DNA from: Bacteroidia bacterium
GTDB taxonomy: Bacteria > Bacteroidota > Bacteroidia > J057
NCBI GenBank assembly: GCA_030430205.1
Contig: JAUIGE010000019.1
Coordinates: forward strand, 69,928 to 133,927
DNA length: 64,000 nt
Reading direction: 5' to 3'
The translations under genes were made by a program, and so were the position numbers. Under the pieces are notes generated by a model. That model was not told the DNA's origin and searched no databases. It saw nothing but the letters and a program-made list of their open reading frames with translations. Of the stretch, positions 35,974-46,045 are shown in pieces. Each line of letters opens with the position of its first letter. Position 1 is the stretch's first letter.

Positions 35974-38005
35974 GCAAGCTAACCAAAAAGGTGCTTCCTT
36001 TTCCGGGCTGGCTCTCGCAGCGAATTTGGCCATCCATGGCCTCTACGTACTTTTTGACGAGGGCCAGGCCCAGGCCTGTGGATTTTTCACCTGCGGTGGG
36101 CTGGTTACTGAGCACGTGGAATTTTTGAAATAATAGCGGCATTTCCTCTTCGGGAATTCCCGGCCCCTGATCCGAAACTATCAGGCGGATAGCTTTCTCC
36201 TTTACTTCCAGGCAGATATTCACTTCGGTATGTGAAGGGGAAAATTTCAATGCATTGGAAATCAGGTTGTCGAGTACCTGGCGAACCGCCTGCGCATCTG
36301 CCTTTACCCAGCATTCGGGTTCATATTTACACCTCTTCAGGAGGATATTCTTTTGTTGGCTCTTGCTGGCATAAGCAGCTATGCTTTCGTCAACGATTTC
36401 TCCAAAATTGAGCGCTTCAAGATGAAGAGATAGTTTTCCCTCATTGAGAGCTTCCAGATCGAGCAATCTCTGGCTCATCTGCGTAAGGGTACGGGCGGTA
36501 TTTTTGATGAGTCTGACAAAGTTATTTTGTTGCTTGCTCAATTGATTTTGATCCAGCAAAATACCGCTCAGTCCTTCAATTTGGGCCAATGGATCCCGTA
36601 TATCATGGGCCAACATGCCCATCATCATATTTTTTTCCTTATCGAGCGCTTCCAGGCGATCGTTTTGGATTTGCAATTGCTCGTTTTGCTGATGAATAGA
36701 GGCTTGATGGCTTGCCAGCAATCCGTTCAATCTGTTCTTTTTTCGGTATTCGAAAAATAAGACCAGCGCGATCAGCGATACAAAGACAAGCCCCAGTGTG
36801 ATGGTGATATTTCGGAATTGTTGTAATTCCTTTTCCTTCTTCAATCGTATATTTTCCTCAGCCTGCTGCTGCATTTCATAATTCTGCTGAAGCCTCCCCA
36901 ATTCATCTATTTGTTTTCTCTGGGTAATGGAATCCTGTAGCACAAATGCCTTTTTCAACCAAATTAAGGCAGAAGCGTCTTTGTCAAGGCTATCAAATGT
37001 GGTAGCCATTCCCTGCGAAATGATCAGCTTAAGTTGATCCAGTTTGAGGGAATCAGCCATGGCAAAAGCCTGTTCAAAAAAGGGAATGGCCTGGGAGAAT
37101 TTTCCCAACTTGTGAAAAGCCTCCCCCATATTTACCAAAACCATGCTTTTGATGGAGTTTGCTTCCAGGCCTTTGCCCAATACCAAGGCATCTTCTAAAA
37201 AGGATAAGGCGGCCTGAGGCCTTTCTCTCTGCAACTCCAGGCTTCCCAAATTATTGAGAATGTAAACCTGCTCTTTTAGTAATTTCTTTTCTTCAAAATA
37301 AATAAGTGCTTTTTTATAATATGAGACGGCTTCCTCGTATTCCTTTTCATTTTTACAAATGACGCCCAAATTCTGCTGGCTTCGCGCGATTCCATGTGCA
37401 TTGTTATTTTGCTGATGCAAAAGAATCGCTGCTTCCAGGTGTTGTTTTGCAGCATGAAAATACGACTGTTTATAATAGATTTGCCCCATGCTGCTGCGCA
37501 CATCAGCCAACCAGCTCAAACTATCCAACTCCCGGAAGCACTTCTCCGATTCTATGAGGGTTTCCATCGCCTTTGCGAGTTGATCCCGCATAATATACAC
37601 CTGGGCCAGCCTGTAATGGCCTATGCCCATAGACAGGGTATCTCTGAATTCCTGGGCGAGGTGTATTGCTTTTTTCAAATAAGTCAAAGCTCCCTCATGC
37701 TGACCAAATTGGCCTTCAAGCTGCCCCAGCCTTAGAAAAAGTTGAACTTCCTGAGGAGTGTACCGGCTTTTTTCGGATAATTTTTTAGCTATTTGAAGGA
37801 ATTCCCGGGCAGTGGCAGGCTTCTCATACTGCAAGTGGGAGCTGATTTCGAGGTAGTGCCTGATTCGGATAGAATCCTCTTTTGCAATTTTGATCAGATC
37901 GAGTAGGCTATCAACACGAGCATCCTGAGCAGATACATTCAGGGGGATTCCCCAAAGGAAAATCCCTAATATCCCAAATAAAAATCCATTCCATCTCATA
38001 CTCAT
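35948..38005 (-). CDS. TPR-repeat sensor histidine kinase
   Basis: The track ORF starts at TTG 38095. ATG 38005 gives a signal/anchor. It has TPR-like repeats, one internal TM segment, an H box (MLAHDIRDPL) and a G2 box (GLGLALVKKY). No response regulator gene is adjacent. Confidence 0.85.
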   Translation of the reverse strand: MSMRWNGFLFGILGIFLWGIPLNVSAQDARVDSLLDLIKIAKEDSIRIRHYLEISSHLQYEKPATAREFLQIAKKLSEKSRYTPQEVQLFLRLGQLEGQFGQHEGALTYLKKAIHLAQEFRDTLSMGIGHYRLAQVYIMRDQLAKAMETLIESEKCFRELDSLSWLADVRSSMGQIYYKQSYFHAAKQHLEAAILLHQQNNNAHGIARSQQNLGVICKNEKEYEEAVSYYKKALIYFEEKKLLKEQVYILNNLGSLELQRERPQAALSFLEDALVLGKGLEANSIKSMVLVNMGEAFHKLGKFSQAIPFFEQAFAMADSLKLDQLKLIISQGMATTFDSLDKDASALIWLKKAFVLQDSITQRKQIDELGRLQQNYEMQQQAEENIRLKKEKELQQFRNITITLGLVFVSLIALVLFFEYRKKNRLNGLLASHQASIHQQNEQLQIQNDRLEALDKEKNMMMGMLAHDIRDPLAQIEGLSGILLDQNQLSKQQNNFVRLIKNTARTLTQMSQRLLDLEALNEGKLSLHLEALNFGEIVDESIAAYASKSQQKNILLKRCKYEPECWVKADAQAVRQVLDNLISNALKFSPSHTEVNICLEVKEKAIRLIVSDQGPGIPEEEMPLLFQKFHVLSNQPTAGEKSTGLGLALVKKYVEAMDGQIRCESQPGKGSTFLVSLPKASTIFV

Positions 38006-38119
38006 AAAAATCCCATTCAGGCTTTTCCTCTTGCCTATATAGGTTCGGACAAAGACAAGATATAACCCCGCAAAAAGATAACCAGAGTTCGGCAAAAAAA
38101 CTTCTTTTTTAAGAAAAAT

Positions 38120-41100
38120 CTAATTTTCGACTGATATATCCTTTGCGATTTTTTCTACCATAAATCCATGCAATTGGTCCACCAATTGCAGGACTCTCTG
38201 CATCGTTTCCACTTCTTCAGAAAATACAAGAGACAAGTATTTCTCCGACTGCTTGACGGCCACTTTGGCCGGAAAATGTTGCACAAACTCAATCAATCGC
38301 TGGAATTGGGGCGATTCGTAGAAGATGGATTGTTTGTCAGAAACAAAGTAAAAACGCAGTTTTTGGTTTTTCAGCGCTATTTTTTCCAGCCCCATGCGTA
38401 CCGCCTTTTGACGGATGCGCGAGACATCCATGAGATTGAAAAGCGGCTCGGGAATCTCGCCAAAGCGATCTACCATCTCCCGCTCTATCTGAAGACGTTC
38501 GTCTTCCTTCTCTGCTCCGGCGATACGCCGGTAGAAGTTGAGGCGCTCCGAGGTACTCGGGATATAGCTCTGCGGGATGCGCGCATCCAGATCGAGGTCT
38601 ATCTGACAGTCCTCCACGATGATCGCCTCCTGCTGGCGGATTTCCTCTGCAAACAACTCCCCAAAATGTTCCTCCTTCAGCTCCCGGATAGCCTCATCCA
38701 GAATTTTGTTGTATACATCATAGCCGATCTCGCCTATAAATCCGCTCTGATCGGGACCGAGCAGGTCTCCCGCACCGCGTATATCCAGGTCGCGCAGGGC
38801 GATATGGAAGCCACTGCCCAGATCCGTGAACTCTTCCATGGCTGTGAGGCGCTTGCGCGCATCATCTGAAAGTGCGATCGCTGGCGGAGCAATCAGGTAG
38901 CAGAAAGCTTTTCGGTTGGTGCGCCCTACCCTACCCCGCATCTGATGCAACTCTGAGAGGCCATATACATTGGCCTGGTTGATGAGTATGGTGTTAGCAT
39001 TGGGGATGTCGAGACCTGACTCGACGATTTTCGTGGCTACAAGCACGTCGTAGGTGTTTTCGATGAAGTCAGACATGACTTTTTCGAGCTTGACACCGGT
39101 CATCTGACCGTGAGCCACGGCCACCCGTGCATTGGGCACGAGGGTCTTGATGGTGCTGGCGACCTCCGGGATATCCCCCACCCGGGGGTGAATGAAATAC
39201 ACCTGCCCGCCCCTTTTCAGTTCGTATGTGATGGCATCGCGCACGCGCTCCTGGCTGAAGCCATTCAACCGGATCGTTTCGATGGGTTGGCGATTGGGTG
39301 GAGGCGTCTGGATCACCGAGAGATCACGGATGTTCAGCAGAGAAAACTGCAAAGTCCTTGGAATGGGGGTCGCTGTCAGCGTCAGGGTGTCTACTTCTGT
39401 TTTCAACACTTTCAGCTTATCCTTTACATTCACTCCAAACTTTTGCTCCTCATCGACAATCATGAGGCCCAAATCCTTGAATTTCACATCTTTAGATACC
39501 AGTCTGTGGGTTCCAATGAGAATATCTATTTCCCCTTTCGCCAGTTTTTCCAGGGTTTCTTTGATCTCTTTGGATGACTTAAAGCGATTGACATAATCTA
39601 CCCTGACAGGAAAATCACTCAAGCGCTCCTTAAAGGTTTTGTAATGTTGGAGGGCAAGGATGGTGGTAGGTACCAAAACGGCGGTTTGCTTGCCGTTGAC
39701 AGCCGCTTTGAAAGCGGCCCGGATGGCGATTTCGGTCTTGCCAAACCCCACATCGCCGCAAACGAGGCGATCCATGGGATAGGGTTTTTCCAAATCCGCC
39801 TTGACCTCCTCGGTCGTCTTGAGCTGGTCGGGTGTATCTTCATACATAAATGAAGCCTCCAACTCCCGCTGGAGGTAGCCATCGGGCGCAAATCCATGGC
39901 CTGTACGGGCCTTTCGCTTCGCATACAAATCCACCAGGTCAAAGGCCAGTTCTTTGATGCGCTTCTTGGTCGTGGCTTTTGCTTTCGCCCAATTGGTCGT
40001 TCCCAGTTTGTTGAGTTTCGGCTGGTAGCCCTCCTTGCCTGTATACTTGGCTACTTTATGCAATGCATTGACATTCACAAAGATAGCGTCTCCGCCTTTG
40101 TAAATGATTTTGACAGCCTCCTGCAAGGTGTTGCCCATCTCGAGGGTATGCAAACCGGCAAATTTGCCGATGCCATGGGTGATATGGGTGACGAAGTCAC
40201 CGGGATTCAGCTCTTTGAGCTGACGGAGGGTGATGGCCTGGCTGCGCTCTTTTTGAGCGCGTACCTTGTAGCGATGGTATCGCTCAAAAATCTGGTGATC
40301 GGTATAACATGCTATCCGCAATTGCGGATCGAGAAAGCCCTCATGCAGATCGCTCTGCACTCCTTCAAAATGCACATCCGGGTCGATTTCTTCAAATATC
40401 TCCTTCAGCCGCAGCAATTGCTTTTCGTTACTGGAAAGCACGGTATTGCTGATGGCGAGATTTTCATTTTGCTTAAAATGATCTGCCAGCAAGGAAAATT
40501 CCTTCTTGAAAGTAGGCTGAGGGCTGCCTTTCCAGGCCAGCGTTTTGCTGTGCGCTGTGAAGTAGGGCTGGTGGTTGTATTCAACCGTTGTCAGATTCAG
40601 TATTTGGTGCAAAAAGGCATCGCCTGAAACATAGAGTTCCTCGGGTGACTTGCTGCTGGCTCCGCCGCCAGACTTCTCCTGAAGATTCAGGTAATAGGCC
40701 TCCGCTTTTTCATACAAGCGGTTGAGATCGGCCTGGACAAAGGAAATGTTTTTGATAAAAACGAGGCTGGTAGAAGAGACAAATTCCAGAAAAGGGACCT
40801 TGTCCACTTCTATCAGGTTTTGCTGCACATTGGGCATGATGGAAATGTGGTGCAGGCTCTCATCGGTCATCTGATCCACAGGGTCAAACGTTTTGATGCT
40901 GTCGATCTCATCGCCAAAAAACTCCAGGCGGTAGGGCAGGTCATGGGCAAATGAAAAAACATCCAAAATCCCCCCTCTGACTGCATATTGGCCGGGTTCA
41001 ATCACAAAATCTTCCCGATCAAAGTGGTATTCCTCCAGCATTTCGACCACATCTTCCAGCTCTATATTTTCTCCCTTTTTCAGGTCAAAGGTATGTGCTT

Positions 41101-41521
41101 TCAACTCCCGCTTGTTGATCACGCGCTCGTTGAGGGCTTCCGCAAAAGTGATGATGATTTGGCGTCCCGTTTTGGTATGGTTCAACTCATTGAGGACCTC
41201 TGCGCGCAGCAGCACATTGGCGTTGTCTACTTCCTCGACCTGGTAAGGGCGTTTGTAGGAGGCGGGGAAAAGGAAGATTTCCTTTTTGGGCAGCAATTGT
41301 TGGAGGTCATTTTGAAAATACAAAGCTTCCTCTTTGTCATTGAGGACCAGCACTATATTGCGCTGGATGATGCGCCAAAGCGCTGCGATCATAAAAGCGG
41401 GCTGGCTGCCTACCATGCCCTGAATATGGAATTTTTGCTGCTTCGCCTTGCGAACTTCCTCGGCGAAGTCGAAGATTTCTGCGTGGTCCTGGTAGGCTTT
41501 GACGATTTCCTCAATTTTCAT
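38120..41521 (-). CDS. mfd: Transcription-repair coupling factor
   Basis: 1133 aa with Walker A GDVGFGKTEIA, a DEEQKFG box, a CarD-like segment and a TRCF C-terminal domain. Confidence 0.95.
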   Translation of the reverse strand: MKIEEIVKAYQDHAEIFDFAEEVRKAKQQKFHIQGMVGSQPAFMIAALWRIIQRNIVLVLNDKEEALYFQNDLQQLLPKKEIFLFPASYKRPYQVEEVDNANVLLRAEVLNELNHTKTGRQIIITFAEALNERVINKRELKAHTFDLKKGENIELEDVVEMLEEYHFDREDFVIEPGQYAVRGGILDVFSFAHDLPYRLEFFGDEIDSIKTFDPVDQMTDESLHHISIMPNVQQNLIEVDKVPFLEFVSSTSLVFIKNISFVQADLNRLYEKAEAYYLNLQEKSGGGASSKSPEELYVSGDAFLHQILNLTTVEYNHQPYFTAHSKTLAWKGSPQPTFKKEFSLLADHFKQNENLAISNTVLSSNEKQLLRLKEIFEEIDPDVHFEGVQSDLHEGFLDPQLRIACYTDHQIFERYHRYKVRAQKERSQAITLRQLKELNPGDFVTHITHGIGKFAGLHTLEMGNTLQEAVKIIYKGGDAIFVNVNALHKVAKYTGKEGYQPKLNKLGTTNWAKAKATTKKRIKELAFDLVDLYAKRKARTGHGFAPDGYLQRELEASFMYEDTPDQLKTTEEVKADLEKPYPMDRLVCGDVGFGKTEIAIRAAFKAAVNGKQTAVLVPTTILALQHYKTFKERLSDFPVRVDYVNRFKSSKEIKETLEKLAKGEIDILIGTHRLVSKDVKFKDLGLMIVDEEQKFGVNVKDKLKVLKTEVDTLTLTATPIPRTLQFSLLNIRDLSVIQTPPPNRQPIETIRLNGFSQERVRDAITYELKRGGQVYFIHPRVGDIPEVASTIKTLVPNARVAVAHGQMTGVKLEKVMSDFIENTYDVLVATKIVESGLDIPNANTILINQANVYGLSELHQMRGRVGRTNRKAFCYLIAPPAIALSDDARKRLTAMEEFTDLGSGFHIALRDLDIRGAGDLLGPDQSGFIGEIGYDVYNKILDEAIRELKEEHFGELFAEEIRQQEAIIVEDCQIDLDLDARIPQSYIPSTSERLNFYRRIAGAEKEDERLQIEREMVDRFGEIPEPLFNLMDVSRIRQKAVRMGLEKIALKNQKLRFYFVSDKQSIFYESPQFQRLIEFVQHFPAKVAVKQSEKYLSLVFSEEVETMQRVLQLVDQLHGFMVEKIAKDISVEN

Positions 41522-41631
41522 GGAGCGAAGTTAGGGAAAAATCGTTTTTCGTTCATGATCTGCTTTTCATAAAATCAAAAGGGGTAAACTGTTTCCAGCC
41601 TGCCCCTTTATCTTGTCCTGCAAGTATAATT

Positions 41632-42249
41632 TTAACTTCCTGCTTCCGCCACTACAAATGGCACACGCGCATACTCCCATGCAACCACGACATTGCCTCC
41701 GGCATTAACCTGAAACTCCAGACGCTCCTGTAAAGCCTCTACAGTCTGCGGACTAACTTCTACACGCAATACATCTTTTCCTTCATCATAATCATAAGCT
41801 CCCCACTGGTCCCAGATGCTGTTGAAGACCAGCGTCCAGTTACCACCTTCTTTAGGAACAGAGAAAAAGCCATATTTACCGGCTGGCAGATCCTTGCCAT
41901 TGATGGTAACCGCCTTGTCCACTTCAAAAGTGGTAGCCTCATTGGCGCCTGTGCGCCATACCTCCCCATAAGGAACCAGATTGCCCCATACCTGGCGACC
42001 TTTGACGCCAGGAGAACCATAGGTGATTTTTAATTTGGTTTCCCCAATCAAAGCATTGGCTTCGCGCAATGGACTCAGGCGGGTATCAGCGCCATCTCCT
42101 TCGCTTTCATTTTCTTCTGTACCCTCTCCTTCTTCAGCATTCGCCTCTGTCTGATCGGTATCCTGAGCAGCTTGAGATGTTTTATTGCAAGCAACAAAAG
42201 TCATCAAAATAGCAGCAAACAATAAAATGAATAGGTTTTTCAGTTTCAT
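41632..42249 (-). CDS. DUF2911 domain lipoprotein
   Basis: 205 aa with a lipobox (TFVAC) and an acidic linker. It has the pattern YGSPGVKGRQVWGNLVPYGEVWRTGANEAT typical of DUF2911. Confidence 0.7.
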   Translation of the reverse strand: MKLKNLFILLFAAILMTFVACNKTSQAAQDTDQTEANAEEGEGTEENESEGDGADTRLSPLREANALIGETKLKITYGSPGVKGRQVWGNLVPYGEVWRTGANEATTFEVDKAVTINGKDLPAGKYGFFSVPKEGGNWTLVFNSIWDQWGAYDYDEGKDVLRVEVSPQTVEALQERLEFQVNAGGNVVVAWEYARVPFVVAEAGS

Positions 42250-42396
42250 GATAATTGAATTATTAAAAAAAAGTTCAGCACAAAATTACACTATTTTTTT
42301 ATCCAAACCCTTTTGATTCCCAGATTCACAATATGCTTTTTTCCTCCATATTATTTATCTTGTAAAAATTCCATGAACATTGAAACAATTATTGCT

Positions 42397-44673
42397 ATGA
42401 AAAGGCTTTCAGTACTTATCCCCTTCATGTTATTGCCCTGTATCCTTTTCTCCCAGGTTCCCCAGGGTATTCAATACCAGGCGATTGCCAGGGACGGCTT
42501 TGGCACCCCTCTTCCCAGTACAGTCCTGTCTGTACGCTTCACCATCCGTGAGGCCGGCAATGCCGTCGTCTACCAGGAAACGCATAGCGTCACCACCGAC
42601 ATCTTCGGCTTGTTTGAAGCCGTAATCGGCTCAGGAACAGTCAGTTCAGGCAGCTTTGCGGCGATCTCATGGGGTTCCGGTCAGCACAGTGTAGACCTGG
42701 AGATTGACAGCGGTTCTGGCTATGTTGCCCTCGGCAATACCCCCTTCCAGAGTGTGCCTTATGCCCTTTATGCCGGTAATGCCTCTGACAGCCTTTGGCA
42801 AAAAACGCCAACCAATGAAGGCATCACTTACCTCGGAGGCCGTGTAGGCATAGGCGTAGCCAGTTCACTGGGGACGACCCTGCACATGGCAGACACCTCC
42901 AATGTGCTCATCGGCGACAGCCTCTCGGGTAGCGGCTTTAAGCTGATTTATTATGGAGCAAAAGGGGCATTTCGCGCAGGCTTTCTGACCAATCCTTTTG
43001 GTGGATATAATTATGACAAATTTTGGGATTACGATAGCGTAGGCTATTACTCCTTTGCCGCCGGGCAAAACTCCCGCGCCAAAGGTTTTGGCTCCTTTGC
43101 CTTCGGCAGCTTCGGCTGGGCCGATGGCTCGGGCTCTGTCGCCTTCTTTGGCAATGCCAAAGGCAATGGCAGCTTCACTTTTGGAGGTTCCTCCAAGGGG
43201 CGGGGCAGCATCACCTTTGAAGGCACAGCCGATGAAGAGGGCGGCATCGCCATGTATGGCTACACCGGAGGACGCTATGGCGTCTCCATAGGGGGCGGCA
43301 CCACGGGCCTGGGAGCTTCCTCTTCCAGGGAAGATTATGCCGTGGCCATTGGCTGGAATAGCGATGCGCGGGGGCAGGCCTCCATCGCATTGGGGCCCAG
43401 TGACGCCTATGGCTACAATTCCTTTTCTACCGGCTGGGTCACCGAAGCCCGTGGCAATTACTCCTCCACCTTTGGCTATCGCACCAACTCCTACCCTTAC
43501 GCCAGCATGGCTTTAGGCAGATACAATGTGATCACCGGCGATAGCGCTGCCTGGGTCAGTTCGGATCCTGTATTCATCATCGGTGATGGTACGAGTAATA
43601 CCGCCCGTTCCAATTCTTTTTTGATTCAAAAAAACGGGCAGACGGCCATTGGTTACAATAGCCCGGTAGGCATGCTCAATGTGAGCACAGCCATGGGCAA
43701 CCTCAACAATAGTGGTCTGGATCCTACAAATGCAGCTTTTCTGATCGGTACGACCACCTCAGGCATCGCATTCGATGCCAACCAGATGGAGATCATTGGC
43801 ACAGGTTTGCACCTCAATTTCAATTCTCCCGAAAATGTCTACCTGGTCAATGGAGGAGGAAGCGTTGGAATTGGCAATTCCGCTCCCGGCGCTAAATTGG
43901 ATGTGGATGATACAGGCTGGCAGTTTCGCCTCAACAATACCGGAACCGGAGGAGGCGATTGGTATGTAGGCGCCAGCCAGACGAGCTGGGCTTCGGGAGG
44001 AGACCGTTTTTTAATTAGCCCAACGAGTACCAGCAGCAATGCCGCACTTACCATAGAAGGCACCAAGCAGGTCGGAATCGGCAATCTCAGTCCTTCCGAC
44101 AGGCTGCATGTCAGTGCCGATGCAGGCGAAAATGCCCTGCGGGTGCAGGTAAATGGGACTACCCGCCTGCGGGTCCATGCGAATGGGGGGGTATCTATTG
44201 GTGCCAATGCCACGCCGCCTGCGGCGGGTTTGTATGTGGTCGGAGAGACGCGGGTAGATGCAAATCTATACCCCGACAATGACAACGCTTACTCCTGTGG
44301 CACAGCCACCAACCGCTGGTCGCGCGTCTACGCCGCGATCGGCACCATTTCCACCTCAGACATGCGTCTGAAAGAGCATATCGAGACGCTCGATTATGGC
44401 CTGAGTACAGTCATGGCCATGCGGCCTGTGCGCTACAATTGGATCGGCCTTCCTGAGGAAGGGCAGCATCTGGGCGTGATCGCCCAGGAATTGCAGCAAG
44501 TCGTGCCGGAGGCAGTGGAAGGTTCGCCGGAGGCGAAGGAGCCTATGGGCGTCAATTACGACCAGCTGATCCCTGTCCTGGTGAAGGCTGTGCAGGAGCA
44601 GCAGGCGCAGATTGATGCGCAGCAGCAGGAGATTGAGCTGCTGAAAGCAGAATTGAAAAAGCTGAAAAAGTAA
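42397..44673 (+). CDS. Secreted tail-fibre-like protein with Gly-rich head repeats and a C-terminal peptidase S74 intramolecular chaperone domain
   Basis: The track ORF starts at TTG 42313. ATG 42397 gives a signal peptide (LPCILFSQ). The mid-region has Gly/Ser/Ala-rich repeats. The C terminus carries SDMRLKEHIE...GVIAQELQQVVPEAV...VNYDQLIPVLVKAVQEQQ plus a coiled-coil tail, as in endosialidase/tail-fibre chaperone domains. Confidence 0.72.
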   Translation: MKRLSVLIPFMLLPCILFSQVPQGIQYQAIARDGFGTPLPSTVLSVRFTIREAGNAVVYQETHSVTTDIFGLFEAVIGSGTVSSGSFAAISWGSGQHSVDLEIDSGSGYVALGNTPFQSVPYALYAGNASDSLWQKTPTNEGITYLGGRVGIGVASSLGTTLHMADTSNVLIGDSLSGSGFKLIYYGAKGAFRAGFLTNPFGGYNYDKFWDYDSVGYYSFAAGQNSRAKGFGSFAFGSFGWADGSGSVAFFGNAKGNGSFTFGGSSKGRGSITFEGTADEEGGIAMYGYTGGRYGVSIGGGTTGLGASSSREDYAVAIGWNSDARGQASIALGPSDAYGYNSFSTGWVTEARGNYSSTFGYRTNSYPYASMALGRYNVITGDSAAWVSSDPVFIIGDGTSNTARSNSFLIQKNGQTAIGYNSPVGMLNVSTAMGNLNNSGLDPTNAAFLIGTTTSGIAFDANQMEIIGTGLHLNFNSPENVYLVNGGGSVGIGNSAPGAKLDVDDTGWQFRLNNTGTGGGDWYVGASQTSWASGGDRFLISPTSTSSNAALTIEGTKQVGIGNLSPSDRLHVSADAGENALRVQVNGTTRLRVHANGGVSIGANATPPAAGLYVVGETRVDANLYPDNDNAYSCGTATNRWSRVYAAIGTISTSDMRLKEHIETLDYGLSTVMAMRPVRYNWIGLPEEGQHLGVIAQELQQVVPEAVEGSPEAKEPMGVNYDQLIPVLVKAVQEQQAQIDAQQQEIELLKAELKKLKK

Positions 44674-44717
44674 AGAATTCTGGCTTTTTTCGTAAATTTC
44701 TAAAAAGGACTGATACA

Positions 44718-45299
44718 ATGAAGACAACCATCAATACAGATTACTTTCGCATGACAGATGAAGAGTTTTTCTTTTTCTGCGAAAGCAACCGTCATCTTCA
44801 TATTGAAAGAGAAACTAACGGAACTATTACAATTATGGATGAACCAAGTGGATTTGATACAAGTACATTCAATGGGGAGGTGAATTACCAATTACAAGAT
44901 TGGAACAAAAAAGAAAGACAGGGAAAAGTGACAGACTCAAACGGAGGCTATTTTTTACCAGATGGTTCCATGAAAGCTCCTGACGCAGCCTGGGTATCTT
45001 ACGAACGCCTGAAGCAGGTAGCAGAAGAGGAGTTGAAACGCTTTCCCCACCTTTCACCTGAATTTGTAATTGAAATCAAATCCCCCAGTGACAGCCTGAT
45101 CAGTTTGCAGAACAAAATGGAAGCTTATATGCAAAATGACGTGCAATTAGGATGGCTCATTGATCCTGATAATGAAATCATTTCTATCTACCGGGCCAAT
45201 GGCGAGCGTGATTTCCACAAAGGTTTTACGGGGAAATTATCCGGTGAGAATGTCCTGAAAGGCTTCGAACTCAACCTGGAAGAACTCAAAAGAATTTGA
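44718..45299 (+). CDS. Uma2 family (DUF820) PD-(D/E)XK-like endonuclease
   Basis: 193 aa with PDAAWVS...PEFVIEIKSPSD...KMEAYMQNDVQLGWLIDP, matching the Uma2 pattern. Confidence 0.75.
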   Translation: MKTTINTDYFRMTDEEFFFFCESNRHLHIERETNGTITIMDEPSGFDTSTFNGEVNYQLQDWNKKERQGKVTDSNGGYFLPDGSMKAPDAAWVSYERLKQVAEEELKRFPHLSPEFVIEIKSPSDSLISLQNKMEAYMQNDVQLGWLIDPDNEIISIYRANGERDFHKGFTGKLSGENVLKGFELNLEELKRI

Positions 45300-45301
45300 C
45301 C

Positions 45302-46045
45302 ATGAAACCCCCTCTTCTCATCATCCTATTCGCCCATCTGCTCATCTGCACCTCTGCATTTTCCCAAAGCGTCTCACGCCAGCTCTTCGGCTCTGGCGGC
45401 TCCAATTCCGTGCCGATCAACGGCACTTACTACGTCAGTTGGAGCATGGGTGAGCCCGTGGTAAACACCCTCACAGGAGGCCTACCGCTGCTTACGCAGG
45501 GTTTTCAGCAGCCGGAGAATTTTATTCCGCTGATAGTGGGCGGTTTGCAGTTGACAGTGGGAAGCCAGCAGTCGGCAGGACGCTATGATGCCTTTTTGCA
45601 GTGGGAGGATGGGGCTGAAGGCCCTTTTCGCTACCAGATAGAGTGGATACAGCGAGCCACAGGCTGGCAAAAGCTGGGCGAAACCGTAGCGGATATTTTC
45701 CGCCATTACGACCTCCCTTCTCAGGGAGGGGCCATCTTCTACCGTGTCACGGCCTTGGGGCCGGATGGCAGCATCCGCCACAGCAATGTGGTAGAACTCC
45801 CGCTTCAATCGCCCGATTCTCCTTCGGTTTTCCCAAATCCTACCTCAGGATTCCTTTATATCGAAAACATTCCCCCAAACAGCCGACTCCAGTTCTATGA
45901 TATGACTGGAAAAGTATTGATAGATCAATCCTCAGACAGCCAGGATTTTCAATTGGATCTTAGGCATTTACCCGCAGCTATCTATTTGCTATTCATTACA
46001 AATGGAGAAAACCACTTTTCTCAAAAAATAGAAATTATCAGGTGA
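45302..46045 (+). CDS. Hypothetical secreted protein with a T9SS type A C-terminal sorting domain
   Basis: The track ORF starts at TTG 45296. ATG 45302 lies 2 nt after the Uma2 stop. It has a signal peptide and a C-terminal VFPNPTSGFLYIE...IYLLFI Por-type CTD. Confidence 0.6.
   Translation: MKPPLLIILFAHLLICTSAFSQSVSRQLFGSGGSNSVPINGTYYVSWSMGEPVVNTLTGGLPLLTQGFQQPENFIPLIVGGLQLTVGSQQSAGRYDAFLQWEDGAEGPFRYQIEWIQRATGWQKLGETVADIFRHYDLPSQGGAIFYRVTALGPDGSIRHSNVVELPLQSPDSPSVFPNPTSGFLYIENIPPNSRLQFYDMTGKVLIDQSSDSQDFQLDLRHLPAAIYLLFITNGENHFSQKIEIIR

Noticed and set aside
41577-41610. Possible terminator hairpin (aaaagggg ... ccccttt) downstream of the DUF2911 gene.
   Set aside because: The loop is about 19 nt and I could find no convincing inner pairing. 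It is too weak to list as a feature, and read-through into mfd is possible.
41632-46045. Possible prophage or tailocin remnant, suggested by the tail-fibre/S74 domain and a nuclease-fold gene.
   Set aside because: There are no capsid, portal, terminase, tape-measure, baseplate, lysis or integrase genes and no att-like repeats. The fibre-like protein has a Sec signal peptide, which is atypical for virion proteins. I interpret it as a domesticated surface protein and report it under findings instead.
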